Shown here: positions 53,645 to 62,477 of the stretch, in pieces
Position numbering within the stretch: the stretch's first letter is position 1
How the letters are laid out: the number at the start of each line of letters is the position of its first letter
Origin: Bryobacteraceae bacterium
Lineage (GTDB): Bacteria; Acidobacteriota; Terriglobia; Bryobacterales; Bryobacteraceae
DNA length: 64,000 nt
Reading direction: 5' to 3'
NCBI GenBank assembly: GCA_041946965.1
Contig: JBHGBM010000017.1
Coordinates: forward strand, 8,534 to 72,533
Notes under the pieces: model-generated
What the model was told of the DNA's origin: nothing
Database searches by the model: none
What the model saw: only the letters and a program-made list of their open reading frames with translations
Position numbers and translations under genes: made by a program

Positions 53645-54087
53645 GATGCTTTCTCCCCTGCGGTCAGAATTTCGATCACTTCGATGTCCTTCGCGGCGGA
53701 CCGCAACCGCGTGATGTTTTCGGGATTCTGCAAGACTCCGGCCAGCGTGGAGAGAAGGCCGATGTGCTGGTCGTCCCCGCGGCCCGCGAACCCGATGGCG
53801 ACATACACCGTTTTGCCGCCGCCCCAATCCACGCCACGGGGAAGCTGCACCACCACCAGCGCGTTGCGCAGCACCTGGTTCTTGACTTCGTTGGTCCCGT
53901 GCGGCAGCGCCACGCCCTCGGTCACCCACGTACTGTACTGCTGTTCCTTTTCAATCATCCCGCGCGCGTAAGCCGGCGCGACGTCCCCGGCCCGGACCAT
54001 CACGGCGCCGATGGCTTCAATCACCTCTTCTTTCGACGCAAACTCGCGCCCGAGCAGCACGTGATCCGGTGGTAGAGAAAAGCTCAC
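53641..54087 (-). CDS. PTS EIIA component, fructose/mannitol/Ntr (PTS_EIIA_2) type
   Basis: GVALPHGT carries the phospho-His. At about 148 aa from GTG 54087, the start lies 4 nt after the fruK-remnant stop. Upstream ATGs in track ORF 53641..54168 are less likely starts. Confidence 0.75.
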   Translation of the reverse strand: MSFSLPPDHVLLGREFASKEEVIEAIGAVMVRAGDVAPAYARGMIEKEQQYSTWVTEGVALPHGTNEVKNQVLRNALVVVQLPRGVDWGGGKTVYVAIGFAGRGDDQHIGLLSTLAGVLQNPENITRLRSAAKDIEVIEILTAGEKAS

Positions 54088-54091
54088 TGCA

Positions 54092-54810
54092 TCACCCCGT
54101 TGATCTGTTTGACAATTTCCTGGTGCATGTCCCATGATCGACGATCCCATGCCGGATTCGCAGACCAACCCGCGGCGCGCCGAGGTCGGCCGCGGACCCG
54201 TCCGTCTGAACCGTGGCCGCGGCGGCGGCGGCCGCCAGCCGCAAACCGTCGCCCAGCGATGCGTTGGGCACGGCCGAGAGCGTCAGGGCCGCGACCATGG
54301 CATCGCCCGCGCCAACCGCGCTGGCGCACGGGACAGCGGGCGCATGCGCCCTCCACATCCCGGCCTGCGACGCCGCGAGGGCGCCCGCCGCTCCCATCGA
54401 GATCACCACGGTGCGCGCTCCGAGCGCGCGGCGGCCTCCTCGCTCTTGCGCCCGAGCGCCTCGAAGGCGCCGGCCCCCACGGGCGGGCCGCTTTCGTTGA
54501 TCTCGGTCTCGGTATGGCCCAGCGGGTCTTTGATCTTGAGGTTGACGCGGGTTTCGCCCGGCGCCCAGACGAACTCGCCCGGGAAGGCGGCGGCCTCCAG
54601 CGCCCCGGCGACAGTGCAGCCGTTGTTTCCGGCGAGGAACCCGAGCGCCATCACCGGGCAGCCCAACTGCTTCAGCGCCTTGGCAACGTTGATGCCCTTG
54701 CCGCCCGCATCGATCCGTGCAATCTGCGCCCGGTTCGTCCTGCCTGCGGCGAAACCGGGAATCGACATGGTCTTGTCGATTGCGGGATTCACCGTGACCG
54801 TTGCGATCAC
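54092..54810 (-). pseudogene. fruK: 1-phosphofructokinase (PfkB family) remnant: internal deletion of about 90 aa plus a frameshift
   Basis: The N-part (54403..54810) reads MIATVTVNPAIDKT...DAGGKGINVAKAL...EINESGPPV. The C-part (54092..54409, different frame) reads (ALGART)VVISMGAAGAL...AVGAGDAMVAAL. The total span encodes about 239 aa against about 310 in FruK. The central sheet, the GSLP region and the KPN region are missing. The frames switch in a GC-repeat near 54410-54440. Confidence 0.6.
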
Positions 54811-54891
54811 CGGCCCTGCCCCAGGAGCGTGTTCATTGCTGAACGATCATTGTGCTCCAGCGCGGGCCGCGAATTCAAGTGCGCCGCCGCT

Positions 54892-55902
54892 TCAAGCCAC
54901 GTCGGTAAGGGCGGCGATCAGTGCGCCTCTCGCGGTGGCGGTCAGCGGGCCGGAGGCCAGCCGCACCTCGGAAACAGTCAGCGGAAAATCGCTGGCCCTC
55001 AGCGCCTGCTCAAAACGCCCGCAGAAGCCCTTGGGCATGGCCGTGCCTCCGCTGAGCACCAGCGGAACCGGGCGCGAGATCTTGGGCAGCGTGCGCGCCC
55101 CGCGGAAGGCGTTGTTCAGGGCGGCCACCAGCGACCCGATGACGTCGTCGTAGTACACCGTCAGCACCTGCGGGATGCGCTCGCTGCACTGGCCGTTCAG
55201 GTAGAAAGACTCCTCCTTGAAAAGGCGTATGCGGTTGGCGCGCTCTCCGGTAATGGAGGCCGCGCTGGCGTCGATGAAATCGCCGGCCTTCGGCACCGCG
55301 AAGCTCATCACCGGCACCGAGAGGTACGCGAGGCAGACATTGCACAGCCCGGCGCCGCAGCTCACGCCGATGCCCGTGTAATTGGAGTCTTCCATCTCCG
55401 CGTACACCACCGCCAGGCCTTCGTTGATGCTCTTCACCGCGTATCCCTGCTCGGCGAGGAGCTGCCGGAGGGTCGCCTCGTGATACGTCAGGTTTTCCTC
55501 CGCGCCCGGAAGGGCGGCCGGCACCGTGAAGCACAGCGGCTGTCCGGGCGATGCCGCTCTGCCGGCCATGGCCGCCGCAACCTGCCGTATGATCTTCAGG
55601 TTGTCCGGCTCATCCGCGTTGAGCAGCCCCCGCCTCATCGGACGCCGGACCTCCGTGTCGAGCAGCTCGGCAAACCGCTCGGACTCGTTGCCGTAGATGA
55701 CGATCTGCCCGTCCTCCACGGAGTGCGGTATGCGTTCCTTCGTGAGCGCCTTCTCCGTCATCTTCGAGTAGGGGACATTGACGAACGCGTTGAGCTGGAT
55801 GTCGTACTCGAAATCCTGCGCGGGCCCGCGGGCCGCCACGATATGGCTGGTGCCGATGTCCAGTCCCACGGCCTTTGCTTTTGCAGTCTCGGTGTCTTTC
55901 AT
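54892..55902 (-). CDS. Actin-like ATPase (ASKHA superfamily; MreB/ParM/FtsA-like), 336 aa
   Basis: ATG 55902 has GGAG 6 nt upstream. Phosphate-1 motif AVGLDIGTSHIV, then GIGVSCGAGLCNV and LSGGTAM. The start overlaps the upstream stop (ATGA). Confidence 0.65.
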   Translation of the reverse strand: MKDTETAKAKAVGLDIGTSHIVAARGPAQDFEYDIQLNAFVNVPYSKMTEKALTKERIPHSVEDGQIVIYGNESERFAELLDTEVRRPMRRGLLNADEPDNLKIIRQVAAAMAGRAASPGQPLCFTVPAALPGAEENLTYHEATLRQLLAEQGYAVKSINEGLAVVYAEMEDSNYTGIGVSCGAGLCNVCLAYLSVPVMSFAVPKAGDFIDASAASITGERANRIRLFKEESFYLNGQCSERIPQVLTVYYDDVIGSLVAALNNAFRGARTLPKISRPVPLVLSGGTAMPKGFCGRFEQALRASDFPLTVSEVRLASGPLTATARGALIAALTDVA

Positions 55903-57113
55903 GGGTTGCTCCATTGGTTTCGTTGTTGAATCGATTGCAGCGCCGCCGCCAGACGGCGGTAGCGTTCCCGCAGCGAGCGCCGGTGCACGGACAGGCTCAC
56001 GCCGCGCGAGAGGGCTTCGGTGCGGAGTTGCTCTTCGGCCAGCGCCAGCGAACTCCAAAGCGGCGCGCCGGTCACCTTGACGTATGAGGGATCGTAGGTA
56101 AATCCGAACAGGGAAATCGCCGCCGGCGGGCGCCCGTAGTTGTCCGGCAACCCGGCTTCGGCGAACACAAAACGGTTGCCGAAATCGGTGTGGTAGCCAA
56201 GCTGCCAGTTGCCCGGATTGACGGAAACCTGGGCATGGGTGACGCAGTTTTCCGCCGCTATGGCGTATCGCGAGCGAAGCATCTCCACCAGCATGCCGGC
56301 GCTTCGCATCTGCGCCTTGCTGGCCGGCTCGCCGGCTTCAGGATCGCCGGTCAGGGCCTCGAAGGAGACGCCGAAGAAGCTGTTATTCAGATCCAGGTAG
56401 ATCCACCGCGAGTCCGCCCAAACGGATTTCCCGGCGTGATTCGCTGCGTCGGTCTCGGCCACTATGCGATGCACCCTGGCAAAACGATCGATGACGAAGT
56501 GATACGACCGGTGCCGGCGCACGTAATGCAGCAGCGACTCGCCCATGTTCTTCAGCAGACGGTTCTTTTCGGGCTCGAACGGCGCCTGGTAGCTTTCGGT
56601 GGCGTGAAACACGATTCCGGCGGGCTCGTAGCGGGGCTCGCTCAGCCCCGCGGCCGGATTCCTCCGGTCGACGGGATGGTAGAGACGGGGCTGATTCGAG
56701 ACAGTCAGCCGGTTCTCAACCCGCAGGCCGTTGCTGTAGAGGTCGTACTCCAGCGTGCGCTCCACCAGCCACACGGACCCGGCGGCATCCTGACGGGGCT
56801 GCAAGTCCGGAAGCGGCGGCACGCGATGCGCCCGGTTCTGCACGTGAGCGTCGGAGACGATGGTGACCGGAGCGGCCGCCGCGAGGCATAGCAGGAGCAG
56901 CACGCGCGCGCGGCCGCGCCTCGCGGCGGTCCTCGGCTGCGGCCGGCGCGTCGCGCGAACCAGGTACCGGAGGCGGTCCAGCGGGTCGTGAATCCGGCTG
57001 GCGCGCCATTCGATCATGGCCGCGGCCACCTCACCGGGGAGAGCTTGCCCGTCGATGTTACCGAGGCTGCGCACTGGTTTGAACTCGTGTTGCAGCGCAC
57101 ACGGAGCCGGCAA
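55899..57113 (-). CDS. Membrane-anchored N-acetylmuramoyl-L-alanine amidase-like (Amidase_2/PGRP domain) protein
   Basis: A TM segment RVLLLLCLAAAAPVTIV is followed by GIVFHATES...SYHFVIDR...ANHAG...CVTHAQVS, typical of amidase_2. Several alternative starts exist. Confidence 0.6.
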   Translation of the reverse strand: MPAPCALQHEFKPVRSLGNIDGQALPGEVAAAMIEWRASRIHDPLDRLRYLVRATRRPQPRTAARRGRARVLLLLCLAAAAPVTIVSDAHVQNRAHRVPPLPDLQPRQDAAGSVWLVERTLEYDLYSNGLRVENRLTVSNQPRLYHPVDRRNPAAGLSEPRYEPAGIVFHATESYQAPFEPEKNRLLKNMGESLLHYVRRHRSYHFVIDRFARVHRIVAETDAANHAGKSVWADSRWIYLDLNNSFFGVSFEALTGDPEAGEPASKAQMRSAGMLVEMLRSRYAIAAENCVTHAQVSVNPGNWQLGYHTDFGNRFVFAEAGLPDNYGRPPAAISLFGFTYDPSYVKVTGAPLWSSLALAEEQLRTEALSRGVSLSVHRRSLRERYRRLAAALQSIQQRNQWSNP

Positions 57114-57245
57114 TGCGAGAGAGCAGGAGGGAACGCGCTTCCGGCGGCCGATTCGCCGCTATGAAGTGAATTCTAGGATTGCCGGGATGCCGAGTCCACG
57201 CTGCTTTTGGTTATGGTACGTCCGTAACACCAACGTGTGTCGCGA

Positions 57246-57275
57246 TTGACTTTTCCCGCGGGCCTTGAACATAAT
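57246..57275 (+). promoter_or_regulatory. Putative promoter TTGACT-18-CATAAT placed so that the TBDR mRNA would be leaderless or nearly so
   Basis: TTGACT at 57246-57251 and CATAAT at 57270-57275. ATG 57285 lies only 9 nt downstream and has no SD sequence. Confidence 0.35.
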
Positions 57276-57284
57276 TGCCGCATC

Positions 57285-60200
57285 ATGATTCGGTATTGCT
57301 TCTTAGCGACGTTGATCGCCGCCTCATGCGCCATGGCTCAGACGGGCGCCGGGCGTATCCAGGGAACCGTCAGGGACGCTTCCGGCGCTGTGGTGCCCGG
57401 AGCCAAGGTGACCGCCGTTCATCTGCCTACGGCCCGGGAATCCAGCACCACGGCCAACGAAATCGGTTTCTACCTCTTCCCCTCCGTTCAGAACGGGCCG
57501 TACCGGGTGACCGTCCAGGCATCGGGCATGGAGACCTTCAAGGGGGAGTTCCTGTTGCAGACCGGCGAAACGGCGGTCGTGGACGCGACACTGAAGATCG
57601 GTGCCACCACGACCGAGGTTACGGTCACGGCGGACGCCGCGCCGCTGGTGACGACCACCGCGCCGACGCTCGCGGCAATCACGGACCGCGCCCGCATCGA
57701 CCAGTTGCCCATCAGCGGCCGGATGTTCCAGACGCTGGTCAGCCAGACCACGCCGGGCGTCGAAACCGGGAATCGCGTGTGGGGCGTCCAGTGGGGCCTC
57801 GAATACGTGCAGGACGGCGCCGTGATGTTGAACCGCGACACCGGCTCGATGTCGGGCCGCCCGCCCGGAATGGATACCATCGAGGAATTCCGCGTCGAGA
57901 CCAGCGCCTCGTCGGCGAAGATGAATCGCCCCGGCGCGGTGATCGTGAACACCCGCTCGGGCTCCAACGATTTCCACGGCTCGCTGTTTGAGGTCATGCG
58001 CAACAACGATCTCGGTTTCGGCGTGGCGCGCCGTCGCGAGGACAAATGGAGCCGGCCCTCCCACATGGTCCGCAACGAGTTCGGCGCCTCGGGCGGCGGC
58101 CCTCTGTACCTGCCGAAAATCTACAACGGCAAGAACAGGACATTCGTGTTCCACGCTTACGAGGCGTACCGGAGCTTGAGCAGCAGCACGCTGGACGTCT
58201 CGGTGCCCAGCATGGCCATGCGCCAGGGTGATTTCAGCGGGCTCGTGGACAGCGCGGGCCGCAGGTATACGCTCTACGATCCCTGGACCACCGACGCCAA
58301 ATGGAGCCGGCAGCCTTTCCCCAACAACCAGATCCCCATGCAGCGGCAGAGCCCGCTGGCCAAATACCTCTACAGCGTGACGCCGGAACCGACGCTGCCC
58401 GCGATCAACCCGCTGATCGGCAGCAACTGGTGGGGCCAGCAGCCCGATAACCGGCTGGACTGGACCATGACGACCCGCGTGGATCACCGCCTCTCCGACC
58501 GCGACCAGATCTTCTTCCGCTACACCTACGGGCTGCGCGACGCGTTCGCGCAGTCCGGCAGTTCGCCCGTCACGCTGGACAATTCGGCCAACGCGCGGTG
58601 GCGTCCCATACGCGACAACACCGGTGTGGCCTCCTGGACCCACACCTTCTCGCCAACCTTCTTCAGCGAGACGCTGTTCACCGCCGCCGTTGAGGACATG
58701 GCCATCCTCAACATCGGCGACGACAAGAAGTGGGCCGACATGCTCGGCCTGCCGAATCCTTTCAACGAATACGGCTTCCCCACCATCGGCGGCACCGGCG
58801 TGGGAATGATCTACGAAAACCCCGACAACCGGCGCAACAACATCTCCCACATCTTCAACATCGACGAGAACCTGACCAGGATCCGCGGCCGGCACGAGAT
58901 CCAGTTCGGCGGGCGCTACCGCTTCGAGCAGATCGACGTGCTCCCGGACCAGCAGCAGCCCATGGGCGCGCACGACTTCGGCAGCCATGCCACCGGCTTG
59001 TACGATCCGGCGTCGGGCTCCACCTACGGCGCCGTGCCGCGCACCGGCCACGCTTCGGCCGACATGTTTCTCGGAGTCATCAACAGCTACGGGGCCCGCT
59101 TCGTGCGCAAGTGGTACGACTTGAGCGTCCGGGAGCTGGGCCTGTACCTCCAGGACAACTTCAAAGTAAACGGCCGGCTGACGTTGAACTTCGGTTTGCG
59201 CTGGGAACTGGCGACACCGCCGCGGGAGAACAGCAACTACCTGACGGGATTCGATCCGAAGACGAAATCCGTGGTGAACGGCGCGGACTGGGACACCATG
59301 TACAAGATGGGCGCCACCCTGCCCTCCATCGTGAAGATCTTCCAGGACATGGGGGTCAAGTTCATCACGCCGGAGCAGGCCGGTCTGCCGCGCGACATGG
59401 TGTATATCAACAAGTGGGATTTCAACCCGCGCGCCGGTTTCGCCTACAGGTTCAGCTCGGGCTCGCGGCCCATCGTGATGCGCGGCGGCTACGGACTTTA
59501 CGGCTACCCCATGCCGTTGCGCGCCTTCGATGCGCGCATGCGCTCGAACCCGCCCACGACCGCGCGGTTCACCTATCAGTTGTCGAACTCCGCCCAGACT
59601 CCCGACCGGCTGCCCAACTACGGCTTGCGCTCGGCGCCGTCCATCATCGCCGGAGTGAACAGCCGCGATGTGCTGGACCTGAACAACGCCACCGGCATCA
59701 GCCGCGGGTCGTTCGTGGTGAGCTACTTCGATCCGCACCAGCCCACCACCCGCGCGCACGAGTGGAACCTGACCTTCGAGCGTGAAATCCTGGAGAACAC
59801 GCTGGTCCGCGTCGGCTACAGCGGGACGCATGGAGCGCGGCTCGACATGTTTTCCTCCTACAACCAGGCGCCCAACGATTACATCTGGTTCACCAGGGAA
59901 GGCGTGCCCCTGCCGACCGGAACCTACGCGAGCACCGCGCGGCGCGGCTTCGAGAACACCACCTTCGGGGACATCGAAGTCTACCAGAAGAAGGGCTGGT
60001 CCAACTCGCAAAACGTCCAGTTCGAAGTGCAGCGGCGGTACTCGAAGGGTTACGGGTTCCAATTTTTCTATGTGTGGAGCAACTCGTTCAAGGCGGGCGG
60101 CGACGGGTCGAGCAACAGCCTGCCTCCGGTGAACGTCTTCATGCCCGGCGCCGTGCCCAGCGACGACGATGCGCGCATGCGGTTCCTGTTCTACTCGCGG

Positions 60201-60938
60201 GACACCGCCATCCCCAAGCACCGCTACAACTGGAACTTCATCGTGGACCTGCCGTTCGGGAAGAACAAGCGGCTCGCCGGCCAGGCCGGGCCGGTGCTGG
60301 ACCGGATCATCGGCGGGTGGCAGCTCGCCGGCAGCGGGTCGATGACCAGCAACTGGTGGTCCCTGCCGACCGGCAACTGGCTGTTCCCCAATCCGCTGGA
60401 GATCTACGGGACCAAGTATAAAATCCAGGACTGCCGCAGCGGCGTCTGCTACGACGGCTACCTATATTACAACGGCTACATTCCGGCGACCCGCATCAAC
60501 AGCTACGATCCGAAAACCGGCAAGCCGAACGGCGTAATGGGCGTGCCCTCCAACTACAAGCCGGCGCACACTCCGCTATGGCCGATCCCGGCCAACGGCG
60601 GAAGCCCGTCGGACCCGATGTACAACTTCTATGACAGCAACACGGTGTGGGTCCCGCTGAAGAACGGCGTGCAGCAGCGCACCACGCTCAATACCAACCT
60701 GCACCCCTGGAGAAACCAGTACAAATCGGGTCTGTACAGTTGGAATCAGAACGCTTCCCTGTTCAAGATCATCCGGGTCAACGAGCAGGTAAGGTTCCGG
60801 TTGAACATCGACTTTTTCAACGTGTTCAACATGCCGGGGATTCCCAAGACGCCGAACGCGAACACCGGCATCATCGACGCTCAGTATTCCGGCAATGGGG
60901 CGCGGGCGCTTCAGTTCGGGCTGCGCCTGAACTGGTAA
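57285..60938 (+). CDS. TonB-dependent receptor with carboxypeptidase-regulatory-like N-terminal domain (1217 aa)
   Basis: The signal peptide MIRYCFLATLIAASCAMAQ is followed by GRIQGTVRDASGAVVPGAKVTAV...GFYLFPSVQNGPYRVTVQASGMETF. The C-terminus ends ...FGLRLNW. Confidence 0.85.
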   Translation: MIRYCFLATLIAASCAMAQTGAGRIQGTVRDASGAVVPGAKVTAVHLPTARESSTTANEIGFYLFPSVQNGPYRVTVQASGMETFKGEFLLQTGETAVVDATLKIGATTTEVTVTADAAPLVTTTAPTLAAITDRARIDQLPISGRMFQTLVSQTTPGVETGNRVWGVQWGLEYVQDGAVMLNRDTGSMSGRPPGMDTIEEFRVETSASSAKMNRPGAVIVNTRSGSNDFHGSLFEVMRNNDLGFGVARRREDKWSRPSHMVRNEFGASGGGPLYLPKIYNGKNRTFVFHAYEAYRSLSSSTLDVSVPSMAMRQGDFSGLVDSAGRRYTLYDPWTTDAKWSRQPFPNNQIPMQRQSPLAKYLYSVTPEPTLPAINPLIGSNWWGQQPDNRLDWTMTTRVDHRLSDRDQIFFRYTYGLRDAFAQSGSSPVTLDNSANARWRPIRDNTGVASWTHTFSPTFFSETLFTAAVEDMAILNIGDDKKWADMLGLPNPFNEYGFPTIGGTGVGMIYENPDNRRNNISHIFNIDENLTRIRGRHEIQFGGRYRFEQIDVLPDQQQPMGAHDFGSHATGLYDPASGSTYGAVPRTGHASADMFLGVINSYGARFVRKWYDLSVRELGLYLQDNFKVNGRLTLNFGLRWELATPPRENSNYLTGFDPKTKSVVNGADWDTMYKMGATLPSIVKIFQDMGVKFITPEQAGLPRDMVYINKWDFNPRAGFAYRFSSGSRPIVMRGGYGLYGYPMPLRAFDARMRSNPPTTARFTYQLSNSAQTPDRLPNYGLRSAPSIIAGVNSRDVLDLNNATGISRGSFVVSYFDPHQPTTRAHEWNLTFEREILENTLVRVGYSGTHGARLDMFSSYNQAPNDYIWFTREGVPLPTGTYASTARRGFENTTFGDIEVYQKKGWSNSQNVQFEVQRRYSKGYGFQFFYVWSNSFKAGGDGSSNSLPPVNVFMPGAVPSDDDARMRFLFYSRDTAIPKHRYNWNFIVDLPFGKNKRLAGQAGPVLDRIIGGWQLAGSGSMTSNWWSLPTGNWLFPNPLEIYGTKYKIQDCRSGVCYDGYLYYNGYIPATRINSYDPKTGKPNGVMGVPSNYKPAHTPLWPIPANGGSPSDPMYNFYDSNTVWVPLKNGVQQRTTLNTNLHPWRNQYKSGLYSWNQNASLFKIIRVNEQVRFRLNIDFFNVFNMPGIPKTPNANTGIIDAQYSGNGARALQFGLRLNW

Positions 60939-60939
60939 C

Positions 60940-62406
60940 TCAGACCTTTTCCGGAATCACGTACGGCTTGCGGTACTCGCGCTTCACCAGGGCGTTGGCC
61001 TTCGCGGCGTGCGTCCCGGTGAAGCGCTCCGCGCGCGCGTCGATCGCGAGCCATGGGCCCAGCACCGCCGGCGTCCTGGAGAGATCGACCCCGTGCACCG
61101 CCAGGTGCTCCGTGAAGCGGGTCCAGGAGTCGAGCGCGTCCTTGTCGGCGGACATGGCCTCGCGGATCTCGCCCGGCTTTGCCGCCGCGCCGATGCGGTA
61201 CGAGATGTTCGCCGCGTGGCTCAGGCAGGCCGAGAGGTGCGCCGCTTCGATGTCGGTCTTGATGTCTTCGATCTTGCGGCTGCGGACGGCGCGGATGAAA
61301 CTCGTTTGCGGATCCACGCGCCCGGCGTTGTCGAATTTGCGGATCTCGCGGCCGCCGTAGTCGAAGGCCGCTTCGGCGTCAACATCGATGTAGCCGCCCT
61401 CGCACTGGAAGATGACGCCGGTGTTGGATCCCTTGCCGTCCCAGACATTGCGCAGGCGCACGCCCTTGCGCGTGACGGTGGTGAAGAAGTCCATCTCCTT
61501 GCCGCCGCGCCGGGCCGTCAGGCCGCGCACTTCGAAGATGACCGGCGCGGTGGGGTAATCGTACAAGGCGATCATGGTGTTCGGCACTTCGCCGGCGTCG
61601 TTGTGGACGAAACGGCCGCCCAGTCCCATGGCGCGGCGCGGCAGCCCCGGCTCGCCGAGCAACCATCGGATCTGGTCGAGCTGGTGCGGACCGTTGTTGG
61701 CGATCTCGCCGCCGCCGGTGTCCCACACCCAGTGCCAGTCGTAGTGCAGCTCCGCGCGGTCAATGGGACCCTTGCGCGCCGGACCGCACCACAGGTCGTA
61801 GTCCACTGTTTCCGGTATGTGCCCCTTGCCGGGGACCTTGCCGATGGAGGGCCGCGGCTTGTAGTTGAACCCCTGAACCACCAGCACTTTCCCGAGCGCG
61901 CCCGAGCGAAGGAAGGCAGCCGCCTGGTCACTGGCCGGATGGGAGCGCAAGTCGAGATCGCCCTGCACCACTCGCCGGTACTTGCGCGCGGCTTCCACCA
62001 TCTTGCGGCCTTCCCAAATGTTGTGCGACACCGGCTTTTCGACGCACACATCCTTGCCCGCCTGGCACGCCCAGACCGTGAGCAGCGCGTGCCAGTGGTT
62101 CGGCGTCGCCGTGGAGACGGCGTCGATATCCTTGCGCTCGAGCAGCTTCCGGATATCGACATATCCATCCACCTGGATGCCGCTCTTCTTCAGGTTCGCC
62201 ACCTCGCGGTCGAGAATAGCCCTGTCTGCATCGCACAGCGCGACAATGCGGACTCCGGGCATCTTCACGTAATTGCGGATGTGAGTGCGGCCGTGGCCGC
62301 GGAAGCCCGCCACCGCCACGCGTATGTCGCCGTTGGCGCCCAACACCCTGGCGCCGGGCAGCGCCAACGCCGCAGTGGATTGTTGCAGGAACGATCGCCT
62401 GTTCAT
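60940..62406 (-). CDS. Gfo/Idh/MocA family oxidoreductase with Tat signal
   Basis: From ATG 62406: MNRRSFLQQSTAALALPGA. The Rossmann segment is IRVAVAGFRGHGRTH...VALCD, followed by the EKP motif (VCVEKPVSHN). Confidence 0.85.
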   Translation of the reverse strand: MNRRSFLQQSTAALALPGARVLGANGDIRVAVAGFRGHGRTHIRNYVKMPGVRIVALCDADRAILDREVANLKKSGIQVDGYVDIRKLLERKDIDAVSTATPNHWHALLTVWACQAGKDVCVEKPVSHNIWEGRKMVEAARKYRRVVQGDLDLRSHPASDQAAAFLRSGALGKVLVVQGFNYKPRPSIGKVPGKGHIPETVDYDLWCGPARKGPIDRAELHYDWHWVWDTGGGEIANNGPHQLDQIRWLLGEPGLPRRAMGLGGRFVHNDAGEVPNTMIALYDYPTAPVIFEVRGLTARRGGKEMDFFTTVTRKGVRLRNVWDGKGSNTGVIFQCEGGYIDVDAEAAFDYGGREIRKFDNAGRVDPQTSFIRAVRSRKIEDIKTDIEAAHLSACLSHAANISYRIGAAAKPGEIREAMSADKDALDSWTRFTEHLAVHGVDLSRTPAVLGPWLAIDARAERFTGTHAAKANALVKREYRKPYVIPEKV

Positions 62407-62477
62407 GTGTGCCTCGGCAACACAGTCTAGCCGAATGGCGCTCCGGCGTCCACGCCGGCGTTGTGCCACGATGGAAC

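Noticed and set aside
49061-55929. Plus-strand ORFs 49061..50872, 50869..52689, 52397..53971 and 54100..55929
   Set aside because: They are antisense to the GH30-like, ptsH, ptsI, ADH, EIIA, fruK-remnant and actin-like genes, all of which have recognisable motifs on the minus strand.
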